This document shows, piece by piece, positions 20,218 to 30,028 of a stretch of DNA of 64,000 bases. The number at the start of each line of letters is the position of its first letter. Positions within the stretch are counted from its first letter, which is position 1. The DNA comes from Candidatus Delongbacteria bacterium (lineage in GTDB: Bacteria; CAIWAD01), in the NCBI GenBank assembly GCA_963663545.1, contig OY760505.1:3520001-3584000 (forward strand), written 5' to 3'. The notes under the pieces are model-generated. The model did not search any database and had not been told where the DNA came from. It saw nothing but the letters and a program-made list of their open reading frames with translations. The translations under genes were made by a program, and so were the position numbers.

Positions 20218-23200
20218 ATGAGTACCCAGAAAACACCGTCATACGATGAGTTGAAGCAGCGTCTGGAGGCTGCGGAGTCTGCGTTGAAGGCCATTCGTGA
20301 GGGCCAGGCGCACAAAGCTAAGAGCAAATCTGAGCCTCTACTGGCCCGTCTGGCGGATGCCGAGGCCCGTTACACACGCCTTGCCGCGCACATTCCCGGT
20401 GTGGTTTTTCAGAATCTGCAGCACAGCGAGGACCCGACCGACGACGAGTTCTCCTACATCAGTCCCGGCATCCGTGAGCTGTTCGGGCTCACGCCCGAAG
20501 AAGTCATGCGTGACAGCAGGGCGCTGTGGGCTTTGATCCACCCCGAGGATCTGGCTGGGTTGTCGGACACGATCCAGCACGCAGTGCAAGCCAATCAGGA
20601 CTGGAGCCATGAGTTCAGAGTCTGTGCCGCCGATGGCCTGACCAGGTGGGTGCAGGGCGCGGCCAGCCACGAGCACTTAGCTGATGGCAGGCTATTCTGG
20701 GACGGTCTGCTCTTGGACATCACGGCGCGCAAGACCGCCGAATTGGCGCTGAAAGAGGCGCTGCTGCGAAACCAGGAGGCCGTGCGTGCGAGCAAGGTTG
20801 GGATCTGGGACTGGGATTTGAAGACCAATGCCGTTCAATATTCAGCAGAATGGAAAGCCCAGGTTGGCTACGAAGAAGACGAAATCGGTGGGGGCTTTGC
20901 CGAGTGGGAAAGCCGTGTGCATCCCGATGACCTGTCGCGTACACTGGAGCAAGTGAAGCAGAACATCCGTAATCGAAGCTGGGCGCATCATCTAGAGTTC
21001 CGCTTTCGGCACAAGGATGGCTCCTATCGCTGGATTCTGGCCCAGGCAACGGTGATGTGCGATAGTACAGGAGAGCCTGTTCGCGTTATCGGCTCACACT
21101 TCGACATCACCGAACACAAGCAAGCCGAGCTGGCGCTGCGCGAAAGTGAGGAGCGGTACCGGCGGTACATCGAGAGCTCCCCGAACGGTGTGTTCGTCTG
21201 CGATGAAAAGGGGCGATACCTGGAAGTCAATCCAGCAGCCTGCCAGATCACCGGCTATAGCCAGGACGAGCTGACCTCGATGAGTATCGCCGAAATCCTC
21301 TTTCAGGAGGACCGAGCAGCGGGGATGCAGCATTTCGAGTCGCTGGTTCGCGAAGGGGCCTCCTATGGCGAGCTACCCTATCGCCACAGGTGCGGCGAAC
21401 GAAGGTGGTGGTCCGTCTCGGCCGCCAAGCTCGCAGACGATCGCTTTCTTGGCTTCTGTGTGGACCTTACGGAGCGAAAGGAAGCCGAACAGGCGCTGCG
21501 CTACAGTGAGAATCTGTTTCGGCGCGTGTTCGAGCTGTTGCCGGTCGGCCTGTGGATTGCCGACAAGGATGGCCGGCTGCTGCGAGGCAATCCGGCGGGT
21601 GTGAAGATCTGGGGTGCCGAGCCCCACGTCGCGCAGGAGGAGTACGGGGCCTTCAAGGCTCGGCGTCTTCCGTCGGGCGAAGAGGTTGCTCCGGAAGATT
21701 GGGCATTGGCAAAAACCGTAAAGGAAGGCCTCACCGTCGTAGATGAACTCCTCGAGATCGATGCCTTCGATGGGGTCAAGCGTGTCATCGTGAACTACAC
21801 AGCTCCCGTCACGGATGAATCCGGAAATGTGCTGGCTGCTGTTGTGGTAAATCGGGACATCACGGACCAGTACCGGGCAGAAGCGGCCCTGCAGGATAGT
21901 GAGCGCAAGTATCGCCTGCTGGCCGACAACACGATGGACATCATCTGGCTCATGGACATGGAGCTGAACTTCGTTTATGTCAACCCGGCCATCCATGCAC
22001 TTAGCGGTTACTCGGTCTCCGAGTGGGTCGGGACGAGGCTTTCCGACCATTGCGAGCAAGACGCCTTTGCGCAGATGGCTGGCATTATTGATGCAGAGAT
22101 CGCCAAGGGACCGCACCAGGAAGGCGTGAGCTTCGAAACCGAGATGCGGCGGAAGGATGGAACGAGCTTTCCCGTTGAGATCCACGGTAAAATCATTTTC
22201 AGCGAAACGGGAGCGCCGGTCTTCCTGCAGGGTGTGACACGGGATATCAGTGAGCGCAAGCTGGCCGAAAACGAGCTGAAGCGCAGGCAGCGATTCCTCG
22301 ACCTCCATAACAGGATCGTCAGCGTCTTTCTGAACCATCCGCAAACGGATATCGATGCCGCTCCCATCACGGCCCTCGACGAGATACTAAGGCTGTTGCA
22401 CAGCCAGTACGGTTTTTTTGGGTATATCAACGAAGCCGGTGATCTGGTCTGCCCCACTATGACACGCGAGATCTGGGATCAATGCCAGGTCGCCGACAAG
22501 AGCATCGTGTTCCCCCGGTCGGGCTGGGGTGGGCTCTGGGGAAAGTCACTACTGGAGAAGCGGACCCTGGTTGCCAACGAGCACCTGACTCCACCTTCGG
22601 GGCACGTGGCCCTGGAGAATGCCCTGGCAGCGCCCATCATTCACCGTGGTACCTTGATCGGTCAGTTTGTTGTGGCCAACAAAAAGGGGGGATACAACCA
22701 GGAGGATCGGGAACTCCTGGAAGCAGCAGCCGCGCACACCGCGCCAATTCTGTTCGCCATCCAGGAAGATGCTCGTCAGCGTAGCGCGCACGAGAAACTG
22801 GAAGCCCAGTTGCGGCAGGCCCTGAAAATGGAAGCGGTGGGTCGCCTGGCCGGTGGCGTGGCTCACGACTTCAACAACATGCTATCGGTGGTGATCGGGC
22901 ACACGGACATGATTCTGGATGAGATGCTGCCCGAACACCCCCTCTACGAGGATCTGCAGGAGATTCGACAGGCCGGTGAGCGCTCCGCCGACCTGACCCG
23001 CCAGCTTCTGGCTTTTGCCCGCAAACAGACCGTGACTCCCAAGGTGATTGATGTCAACAATACCCTGGAAAGCATGCTCAAAATGCTGCAGCGGCTGATC
23101 GGTGAAGACATCCAAATGGCCTGGATTCCAGGCGAGAAGGTCTGGCCGGTGAAGATCGACCCCGGTCAAATCGATCAGATCCTGGCGAATCTGTGTGTCA

Positions 23201-23949
23201 ATGCCCGGGACGCCATCGACGGTGTCGGCAAAGTGATCATCGAGACGGGTAATGCTGCTTTCGACGAGGGCTACTGCAAGGAACACGCGGAGTTCATCCC
23301 CGGCGAGTACGCCATGCTGGCGGTGAGCGACACGGGCTGCGGTATCGATGCCGATACCCTGTCTCACCTCTTCGAACCCTTCTACACCACCAAGAGCCTG
23401 GGCAAGGGTACCGGACTGGGTCTGGCGATGGTGTACGGTGTGGTGAAGCAGAACAACGGCCTGATCAATGTCTACAGCGAGCCTGGCCAGGGCACGACCT
23501 TCAAGATTTACTTGCCGCGCTACTCAGATAAAGCGAGCCCGTTGCCCATCCAGGAGCAGGAGAAGTCTGGCAAGCGCGGCAACGAGACAATCCTGCTTGT
23601 TGAAGACGAGCCCTCGATTCTGAAGATGACCTACAGAATGCTCCAGCGGCAAGGCTATACCGTGCTGGGCGCTGCAACTCCAGGCGAGGCTGTTCGCCTG
23701 GCCACGGAGCACCCCGGCGAGATCCATCTGCTGATGACCGACGTTGTGATGCCCGAGATGAACGGTCGCGATCTGGCCAAGAACCTGCTTTCCCTTTATC
23801 CCAGCCTGAAGTGCTTGTTCATGTCGGGCTACACCGCGAATGTGATCGCCCACCACGGTGTGCTTGAAGAGGGCGTCAATTTCATCCAGAAGCCATTCTC
23901 GAAAAATGAACTGACCCTCAAGGTGCGGGAGGTGCTAGATCATGAATAG
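20218..23949 (+). CDS. multi-PAS/GAF hybrid sensor histidine kinase-response regulator
   Basis: Several PAS/PAC repeats, GAF, AGGVAHDFNN H-box, GKGTGLGL and receiver domain (LLVED, TDVVMP, QKP). Confidence 0.93.
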   Translation: MSTQKTPSYDELKQRLEAAESALKAIREGQAHKAKSKSEPLLARLADAEARYTRLAAHIPGVVFQNLQHSEDPTDDEFSYISPGIRELFGLTPEEVMRDSRALWALIHPEDLAGLSDTIQHAVQANQDWSHEFRVCAADGLTRWVQGAASHEHLADGRLFWDGLLLDITARKTAELALKEALLRNQEAVRASKVGIWDWDLKTNAVQYSAEWKAQVGYEEDEIGGGFAEWESRVHPDDLSRTLEQVKQNIRNRSWAHHLEFRFRHKDGSYRWILAQATVMCDSTGEPVRVIGSHFDITEHKQAELALRESEERYRRYIESSPNGVFVCDEKGRYLEVNPAACQITGYSQDELTSMSIAEILFQEDRAAGMQHFESLVREGASYGELPYRHRCGERRWWSVSAAKLADDRFLGFCVDLTERKEAEQALRYSENLFRRVFELLPVGLWIADKDGRLLRGNPAGVKIWGAEPHVAQEEYGAFKARRLPSGEEVAPEDWALAKTVKEGLTVVDELLEIDAFDGVKRVIVNYTAPVTDESGNVLAAVVVNRDITDQYRAEAALQDSERKYRLLADNTMDIIWLMDMELNFVYVNPAIHALSGYSVSEWVGTRLSDHCEQDAFAQMAGIIDAEIAKGPHQEGVSFETEMRRKDGTSFPVEIHGKIIFSETGAPVFLQGVTRDISERKLAENELKRRQRFLDLHNRIVSVFLNHPQTDIDAAPITALDEILRLLHSQYGFFGYINEAGDLVCPTMTREIWDQCQVADKSIVFPRSGWGGLWGKSLLEKRTLVANEHLTPPSGHVALENALAAPIIHRGTLIGQFVVANKKGGYNQEDRELLEAAAAHTAPILFAIQEDARQRSAHEKLEAQLRQALKMEAVGRLAGGVAHDFNNMLSVVIGHTDMILDEMLPEHPLYEDLQEIRQAGERSADLTRQLLAFARKQTVTPKVIDVNNTLESMLKMLQRLIGEDIQMAWIPGEKVWPVKIDPGQIDQILANLCVNARDAIDGVGKVIIETGNAAFDEGYCKEHAEFIPGEYAMLAVSDTGCGIDADTLSHLFEPFYTTKSLGKGTGLGLAMVYGVVKQNNGLINVYSEPGQGTTFKIYLPRYSDKASPLPIQEQEKSGKRGNETILLVEDEPSILKMTYRMLQRQGYTVLGAATPGEAVRLATEHPGEIHLLMTDVVMPEMNGRDLAKNLLSLYPSLKCLFMSGYTANVIAHHGVLEEGVNFIQKPFSKNELTLKVREVLDHE

Positions 23950-24060
23950 GCAGGTCGGAGGGGGCTTAAGAATGGACGCGTCGATCAGGGCCAGGTACGA
24001 GTTCGGCAGGCGCTCTGTGTTGCGGCACCCGCGTTCGGCTGGTAGCAAAAGGAGTCAGGA

Positions 24061-24657
24061 TTGAAGCGCGTCCTGGTACTTCTGCCAAACGCATTCGAGT
24101 TGCTCGAGGGGGCCGCGTTTATCGATGTTCTGGGTTGGGCGAACGACTGCGGTGATACGCCCATCGAGGTGGTAACGGCGGGGATCGGCACAGAGATCGC
24201 TTGCACCTTCGGAACCTTCAAGCTCTTGCTGGACACAAGCCTGTCGCAGATTTACGCCGACGAGTTCGATGCGGTGGCGATTCCGGGCGGCTTCGGGGAG
24301 TACGGCAATTACGAGGATGCCTTTGCGGAGCAGGTGCTGCAGACCCTTCGCGACTTCAACCAGCAGCAAAAGCCCATTGCCTCGATCTGTGTAGGCGCAC
24401 TGCCCATCGCCAGAAGCGGTATTCTCAACGGACGCAAAGCCACGACCTACCATCTTTCCGGCGGCAAACGACGACAGCAGCTCGGCGAAATGGGCGCGTG
24501 GGTACAGAACGATCCGATTGTCAGGGACGGCAATGTTACTACCTCTACCTCACCCGCCACGGCGATCGAGGTTGCCTTCAAGCTGGTCGAACAGCTGACG
24601 AGTGTCGAGAATGCCCGTGTGGTCCGACATGCGATGGGCTTCCCGGCTGAGGGCTAA
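24061..24657 (+). CDS. DJ-1/PfpI family protein
   Basis: FELLE, IPGGFG and ASICVGA motifs; AAGGAG before TTG. Confidence 0.88.
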   Translation: MKRVLVLLPNAFELLEGAAFIDVLGWANDCGDTPIEVVTAGIGTEIACTFGTFKLLLDTSLSQIYADEFDAVAIPGGFGEYGNYEDAFAEQVLQTLRDFNQQQKPIASICVGALPIARSGILNGRKATTYHLSGGKRRQQLGEMGAWVQNDPIVRDGNVTTSTSPATAIEVAFKLVEQLTSVENARVVRHAMGFPAEG

Positions 24658-24724
24658 GAGGGGCTGTTTTCCTCTGCTGCGCAGAGCTCGCTCATACGAT
24701 CACGGGATGCGCGGTCTTTTCTCC

Positions 24725-24783
24725 TCGGTATCGGTATCGGTATCGGTATCGAAATCGAAATCGATTCCGGAGTCGGAATCGAC
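24725..24783. repeat. ATCGGT/ATCGAA hexamer run
   Basis: tcggtatcggtatcggtatcggtatcgaaatcgaaatcgatt. Confidence 0.8.
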
Positions 24784-24790
24784 TGTCATT

Positions 24791-24850
24791 AATACGGGAG
24801 TAAATATCCTGCAGATCCAGCAACGCACTGGCTGTCCAGACAAGCTTCAT
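24791..24850 (-). pseudogene. RelE/ParE-type toxin 5' remnant
   Basis: Manual translation MKLVWTASALLDLQDIYSRI, then runs into the hexamer repeat; ATGA overlap with the antitoxin stop. Confidence 0.65.
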
Positions 24851-25097
24851 TCCTGGTCTTGGCGCTGATTGTCCCGACCCCGGCTCTGCAAGTATTCGGC
24901 AACCTTGGCGTGATCCACCAGCTGGCTGGCGTTGGCATCGGCCAGGCCTTCTGTGACCTGCTGTAGATAGCGAATCTGTTCGCGCATCTCTTCAAAGAGC
25001 TCGGGTGGCAGCAGGACGGCGGCGGCGCGTCCATTTGTGTTACGAGCAGGGGCGCGTCGAGGGAGCGAAGCAGTGCGGATGCGTGGGTGCGGAATTC
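24847..25097 (-). pseudogene. Phd/YefM-type antitoxin remnant, frameshifted and 5'-truncated
   Basis: EFRTHASALLRSLDAPLLVTQ, 1-nt frameshift, then GRAAAVLLPPELFEEMREQ...EGLADANASQLVDHAKVAEYL...QE*. Confidence 0.7.
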
Positions 25098-25283
25098 ATC
25101 CAGACCAACAGGCTGCGCCTTCTGCGGCCGTATCAGCTCAAGGCCATCCACCAGCTCCAGGATGCCGTTGGGGAGGGCAAGGATCGCTTCCTTTTTAGGA
25201 GAGCGACAGGAAGCGGCAAGACCCTCACCGCTGCAGCTGTTGTGAAGCTCTTTTTGCGATCGGGCAACGCAGGCCGCGTGCTC
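25092..25283 (+). pseudogene. type I restriction HsdR-like SF2 helicase fragment
   Basis: LRPYQLKAI Q-motif and ATGSGKT Walker A; no start or C-terminal part. Confidence 0.7.
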
Positions 25284-25556
25284 TCGCCAAGATCTTGCGT
25301 ATGGCATGCTGCATGGAACAGGTCTCGCAGTTTTTGCCTTGTCATGTTAACTCCACCCTGTTAAGTACGCAGCTGTTGTCAGGATAAGAGAGTAACAGGG
25401 GCAGCTCAAGGAATTGTGCGTTCTGCCATGGGGTGTGAATTCGATTGTCGATCTTTTTGGCAAGGAGGTGTTTTTCCTTGCTGTGCCTATGCAGGATATG
25501 CGATTTTAAGTCCGTGCTTGGCTGGATACACAGGAATACTTCAATGCGAAGAGCGG

Positions 25557-25622
25557 ACTTAACAGGACCCAGAGAAGAGCGGAAGAGCGGGAGTACACGG
25601 TCCGTAGAATCAGATGTTAGCA
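25557..25622 (+). other. degenerate attC-like site
   Basis: ACTTAAC...GTTAGCA, 66 bp, internal GGACC/GGTCC; L boxes poor. Confidence 0.5.
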
Positions 25623-25638
25623 TAATTTTGGAGGTGTT

Positions 25639-26250
25639 TTGAGATACGGGTTCATTTTTGCTACCGCCTCAGTACTAGTAGAATCAACCAAGTTTCTGAA
25701 CCTCGTTGAGCTGTTCAAACTTGTTTCGAAATCACTTACTAGGTCTATAAATCCTGATGCAGATGATGATGCTATTCGAAGAAATACAAACATCGCTATA
25801 GACATTTTCATTGTCTTGAAATGGGTTGTACTTATCTACCTAATGGCAACATCTACAACACATTTGATCGTAGAAATCCTTGTTTGGTACTTGCTTGCGA
25901 TGAATGCGTACACGTATTTCTACTACCATGTTTGGCTGCAGCCTGAGCTGGATATTGATGGCACAAGAAGGCGAATCATCAATGTCGCACTCGCATATTC
26001 TTTCTCTATTGTCTGTTTCGCGTATTTTTATGGCGAAGTATATCTAAACGATTTCCTGTGGTTGAAGCAATTTACACCCGACGATGCAGTGCTGCTTAGC
26101 CTCAAGAATGGTTTTGCTTCAGGTGCAAGTATTGCCCAAGCAAGAAGCGCTATGGGTGAGTTTCTCGAGTCCCTGCAAATTCTGAACACTTTTGTCTTCA
26201 TTTCAATGATACTTGGTGTGACAATTCCACAGAAGAAGAAAGGAGCCTAG
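25639..26250 (+). CDS. multi-pass membrane protein, C-terminus resembling a channel TM-pore-TM unit
   Basis: About 4 hydrophobic segments; GGAGG before TTG; 1 nt from the TIR gene; AT-rich. Confidence 0.75.
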   Translation: MRYGFIFATASVLVESTKFLNLVELFKLVSKSLTRSINPDADDDAIRRNTNIAIDIFIVLKWVVLIYLMATSTTHLIVEILVWYLLAMNAYTYFYYHVWLQPELDIDGTRRRIINVALAYSFSIVCFAYFYGEVYLNDFLWLKQFTPDDAVLLSLKNGFASGASIAQARSAMGEFLESLQILNTFVFISMILGVTIPQKKKGA

Positions 26251-26251
26251 A

Positions 26252-26770
26252 ATGAGCTATCGAAACAAAACATATGTAGTCTTTGATGCAGGGGATGGAA
26301 AGCCAACATCAAAGGACATGTGTTACTACAGAGTCATGCAAGCATGGAAAAAGAATGAGGAAATTGAATTTGATTTTCATGATGCTCACGATCTTAACAA
26401 CATCACAGACAAGGCAAGTGAGGATCAAATCAAGAAGAAACTAAGAGAAAGACTAGCCAACACAAAAGCCCTAATCGTGATTGCAGGAGAGCGGACCAAA
26501 AACCTGTATAAGTTTGTCAGATGGGAAATTGAAATTGCCATTGACCTTCAAATGCCGATCATTGTCACTTATGTGGACGGCAGTAGAAACCTCAACAAGA
26601 ACTTGTGCCCTCCGCTCCTTGTCGGCAAAAACGCGTTACACGTCGATTTTAAGGCAAAGATTATCAAATATGCCATGGACAATTATCCTGGTTCCTTCGA
26701 GAAGAAAGACTTGGACGAAGAGAATGATTGGATCTATAATGATGAGATTTACAAGAAACTAGGCCTTTGA
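26252..26770 (+). CDS. TIR-domain protein, Thoeris ThsB/DUF1863 (MTH538)-like
   Basis: YRNKTYVVFD, YYRVMQAWK, FHDAHDLN, LRERL and VRWEIEIA (candidate catalytic Glu). Confidence 0.87.
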   Translation: MSYRNKTYVVFDAGDGKPTSKDMCYYRVMQAWKKNEEIEFDFHDAHDLNNITDKASEDQIKKKLRERLANTKALIVIAGERTKNLYKFVRWEIEIAIDLQMPIIVTYVDGSRNLNKNLCPPLLVGKNALHVDFKAKIIKYAMDNYPGSFEKKDLDEENDWIYNDEIYKKLGL

Positions 26771-26781
26771 TCATGCTAACA

Positions 26782-27893
26782 CTTATGAGGCCCCCATTGT
26801 CAATAGCACATAGGTGTTCCTTCCGATTTCCGGTTCTTTGATAGGAAGGCGAGATCACAATTCCGGCTTTATTTCACGGCCAGGCGCAGAGTGATTCCGC
26901 GCCAAACACCTATAGAGGGTCACGTTCCAGCATGGCTGGACCGGCAAGACGATGGGGTCTTAACGCCCTAGAAACTCATTCGTACCCATATGCCGATCTA
27001 TTCAAGAATACAGGCTCAGCGACAGCTGTCCAGTTCGTTTCAGATCGGGGATGGAGCGGAATCAATATGTTCAGCACCTTCTTTGTCATCAACGGGCAAC
27101 CAGTCAATCAATCGCACGGGCTCGGAGCATTTTGATCGAGCAGGACGATCGTGCTTTCTGCACATGGTGATTCCGTCCAGCATTCCGATTCGCCCCTGAT
27201 GTCCAGTTAGACGGTGGACCTGGTTGCCCGTGGATCAGGCCGCCAGGAAGCGAGCCATTCACCCTGGTCATGGGATCGTCGAACAGGTACAGGCCAGGAT
27301 CCTCTAGATCCAGCCGCTGTGTCTTTCCAGTCAGGGCATGCAGGTTGGCTTGGCTTTGGGTGTTGACGACATGTGCCATCAGTTCAGCGCGAAAACGTAC
27401 TAGTGCTGTTCGTCTGCGAAGCAGATCTCGCGTCGCGCGCATGGCCTTCGGATAGACATAGGCCATGGGGAAGACACCACCTCGGATCATGTGGGCAATC
27501 TTGGTGGCATCCAGTTTGTCGTTTTTGGCTTTGGCCCCGTGAATGGCTTTCATGTAGAGCGCGTGTCCCAGTAGAAAGGGCATTCCTTCGTCTTCGCAAA
27601 GATCGGCGAGCCAGTACCAAGTGAACATGCACTCGACTCCGACGATGAGGTCATCGCGGTAGGGTTGAATGGCAGCGAGAAGGGCCGCTGCGCTTGTGGG
27701 AATGTTTTGTTGCAAGCAGATTGTTCCCCGTTCATCCAGCATGCATAGGTACATTGTTTTCGCATGCAGGTCAATTCCGCATGTGTGACGATGCTGGTCT
27801 TGATAGAATCTCATGGTCTCCTCCTGAGTGGGTGATTGTGACTACCCGAAGTATCGGGTCGCTCGTGAAAGGAGGGGGCCTCTATGAAGATCA
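26782..27893 (-). mobile_element. IS110-family (IS1111-type) element, internally deleted copy inserted in attC
   Basis: Near-identical to 30420-32022; subterminal IR GAGGCCCCC 26787/GGGGGCCTC 27874; flanking CA dinucleotide. Confidence 0.88.
27236..27814 (-). pseudogene. IS110 transposase lacking most of its C-terminal domain
   Basis: Matches the full copy to DDPMTR, then jumps about 470 nt to the last codons. Confidence 0.88.
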
Positions 27894-28058
27894 ATCACTA
27901 CCAATTGGCCCGCCCAGCGTCACGCAGCTTGCTGGGCAGCGAAATAGAGCATTGGGCCTTCGGCCACAATGCGCAGATCGGTTCGCTTCGCGAACCTGCA
28001 GATCTTGCGATGCAAGCATCGCGCCACTGAACGGTCAATTGAAGTTTAGGCGTTCGGC
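27894..28058 (+). other. attC distal part (R'' TGCTAAC at 26774 separated by the IS)
   Basis: CAATTGGCC...GGTCAATTG arms, internal hairpins, ends GTTCGGC. Confidence 0.7.
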
Positions 28059-28084
28059 AGAGACACAGGAAAGGAGATAAAGCG

Positions 28085-28918
28085 GTGACAAGCAAGACTA
28101 AGAATACCCGCACGCCCATTCCAGGCGACACCGAAGCCAAGCTCCTGGTCGAGTCCCGCAACACATGCAACCTGTGCTGGCGCAGCTGCGAGGTGCAGAT
28201 TCACCACATCATGCCGATCGAGTTCGGTGGTGACAATGCCGAGGAGAATCTGATTGTTGTTTGCCTGAACTGCCACTCTGAGGCACACACCAAGAAGGAC
28301 CTTGCTCGCAACCTGAAGCCGCAGACGTTGCGTCTCTACAAGGAGACTTGGTTGGATTTGCTCCGGCGCTATCCTCTTCTCAAGACGGCAGTTCCGCAGG
28401 AGGAGGGCGACATCAAGACACTCGAGGAAGTCTTGAAGCAGGGGCACCGGCGCGCCCTCTACTTCCCGTTCGACCTCGAAATGCCCGATTCGATGTTCCG
28501 GTCACTGGACGCTTTGCGTGCCTTCCTCCAGTCCGTCGGGTTCAAACTCATCAAGGACGATCTCGCCCGTGAGCATGCCCGACTTCTCTACAAGGCCTTG
28601 GTTGAGCTCTCGTTCTTCGAGCCCTATCCGCCGAGAGAGTACTACTGTCTTCATGGGATGATGGGGCGGGACGCACTGTCCCTCATGGAGTTGAAGCGGA
28701 GGACCGCTTGCTTCCACCTAAACGAGCTGGCCAGAATCGCAGGTGCGCCGGAAGACATATTCGCAGAAGATGAGTTCAAGTCGATGGGGTTCGAGATGCC
28801 TCCAGTTCGACATGGCGCGCGGCGTTGCTTTGGGCATTTTGACGAAGCGTCGAGAGAATGCCTCCAGTGCGAGTTCAAGGAACCTTGTTTGGAGGCGGGC
28901 CTGGCAACTGCATATTGA
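28085..28918 (+). CDS. HNH endonuclease-domain protein (cassette)
   Basis: CNLC...IHHI...GGDN..ENLIVVCLNCH; C-terminal four-Cys cluster; AAGGAG before GTG. Confidence 0.85.
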   Translation: MTSKTKNTRTPIPGDTEAKLLVESRNTCNLCWRSCEVQIHHIMPIEFGGDNAEENLIVVCLNCHSEAHTKKDLARNLKPQTLRLYKETWLDLLRRYPLLKTAVPQEEGDIKTLEEVLKQGHRRALYFPFDLEMPDSMFRSLDALRAFLQSVGFKLIKDDLAREHARLLYKALVELSFFEPYPPREYYCLHGMMGRDALSLMELKRRTACFHLNELARIAGAPEDIFAEDEFKSMGFEMPPVRHGARRCFGHFDEASRECLQCEFKEPCLEAGLATAY

Positions 28919-28996
28919 GCCGAAGCAGAGCATGCAGCACTATAAAATGGGCCGCACGGACGCGTCCCATTTTGAGGCTGATGCTCGTCGTTCGGC
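28919..28996 (+). other. attC site (78 bp)
   Basis: GCCGAAG; GAGCAT(G)CAGC/GCTGATGCTC arms with one extra base; AAAATGGG/CCCATTTT stem; GTTCGGC. Confidence 0.8.
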
Positions 28997-29044
28997 GACA
29001 ATGCCCAAACAACTCAGTAGCCTCAACGGATGGAGACAACTTCT

Positions 29045-30028
29045 ATGTTCAGAGGCATTCTAATCGAGAAGGACGACGCGGGCTACCGCGCCTCACTGAC
29101 GGACTTGGACGAAGGACGATTGCCCGATGGCGATGTGACCGTGCGGGTGAGCCATTCGACGCTCAACTACAAGGACGCGTTGGCCATCACGGGCCGGGGG
29201 CCGGTGGTGCGTAAGTTCCCGATGGTTCCCGGGATTGATCTGGCCGGGGTGGTGGAGTCCTCGATGCATCCCGATTACAAGGCTGGCGATGCGGTTCTTC
29301 TCAATGGCTGGGGAGTTGGGGAAGCGCATTGGGGCGGCCTCGCCCAGAAGGCGCGGCTGAACGGGAACTGGCTGGTGCCGCTGCCGGAGCAGTTCACGCC
29401 GCAACAGGCGATGGCCGTTGGCACAGCGGGCTACACCGCGATGCTCTGTGTGTTGGCGCTGGAGCGGCATGGCGTCACGCCCGCCCATGGAGAGATTCTA
29501 GTGACCGGCGCGGCAGGCGGCGTGGGCAGTGTGGCGACGGCGGTTCTGACCCGGCTTGGTTTCGCCGTCGTCGCGGTGAGCGGTAGACCGGCGGAAGCCG
29601 AATACCTCAAGAGTTTGGGTGCGGTGGAGATCGTGGACCGTGCGACCTTTGCGACACCCGGCAAGCCCTTGGGCAAGGAGCGCTGGGCTGGCGCAGTGGA
29701 TGTTGTCGGCAGCCACACGCTGGCGAATGTCTGCGCGACGACCCAATACCGTGGGATCGTTACGGCATGTGGACTCGCAGGTGGAATGGATTTCCCGTCC
29801 ACGGTCGCACCGTTCATTCTGCGCGGCGTTACTCTGGCAGGCATTGACAGCGTGAGGTGTCCTCGAGTCGAGCGGCTCGAAGCATGGCAACGCCTGGGCA
29901 CAGATCTCGATGTCTCGAAGCTCGCCGCGATCAGCAGAGAAGTGGGCCTGGCAGAGGCGCTGTCGCTTTCGTCTACACTGCTCGACGGCCAATTGAGAGG
30001 ACGGGTGGTTGTCGATGTGAACCGCTGA
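29045..30028 (+). CDS. acuI: acrylyl-CoA reductase AcuI/YhdH (MDR family)
   Basis: [37 protein letters not shown] and PFILRGV motifs. Confidence 0.88.
   Translation: MFRGILIEKDDAGYRASLTDLDEGRLPDGDVTVRVSHSTLNYKDALAITGRGPVVRKFPMVPGIDLAGVVESSMHPDYKAGDAVLLNGWGVGEAHWGGLAQKARLNGNWLVPLPEQFTPQQAMAVGTAGYTAMLCVLALERHGVTPAHGEILVTGAAGGVGSVATAVLTRLGFAVVAVSGRPAEAEYLKSLGAVEIVDRATFATPGKPLGKERWAGAVDVVGSHTLANVCATTQYRGIVTACGLAGGMDFPSTVAPFILRGVTLAGIDSVRCPRVERLEAWQRLGTDLDVSKLAAISREVGLAEALSLSSTLLDGQLRGRVVVDVNR

Noticed and set aside
24001..24720. DJ-1/PfpI gene as an integron cassette (GTTCGGC at 24001 and 24033)
   Set aside because: No complementary GCCGAAC or attC palindrome after the stop; left uncalled
25639..26250. 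Canonical Thoeris thsA
   Set aside because: Too short and hydrophobic; no SIR2, SLOG or Macro motifs seen
26932..27199. Small ORFs repeated in both IS non-coding regions (also 30570-30864)
   Set aside because: Shared only because the IS is duplicated; one pair has different starts and none has recognisable motifs
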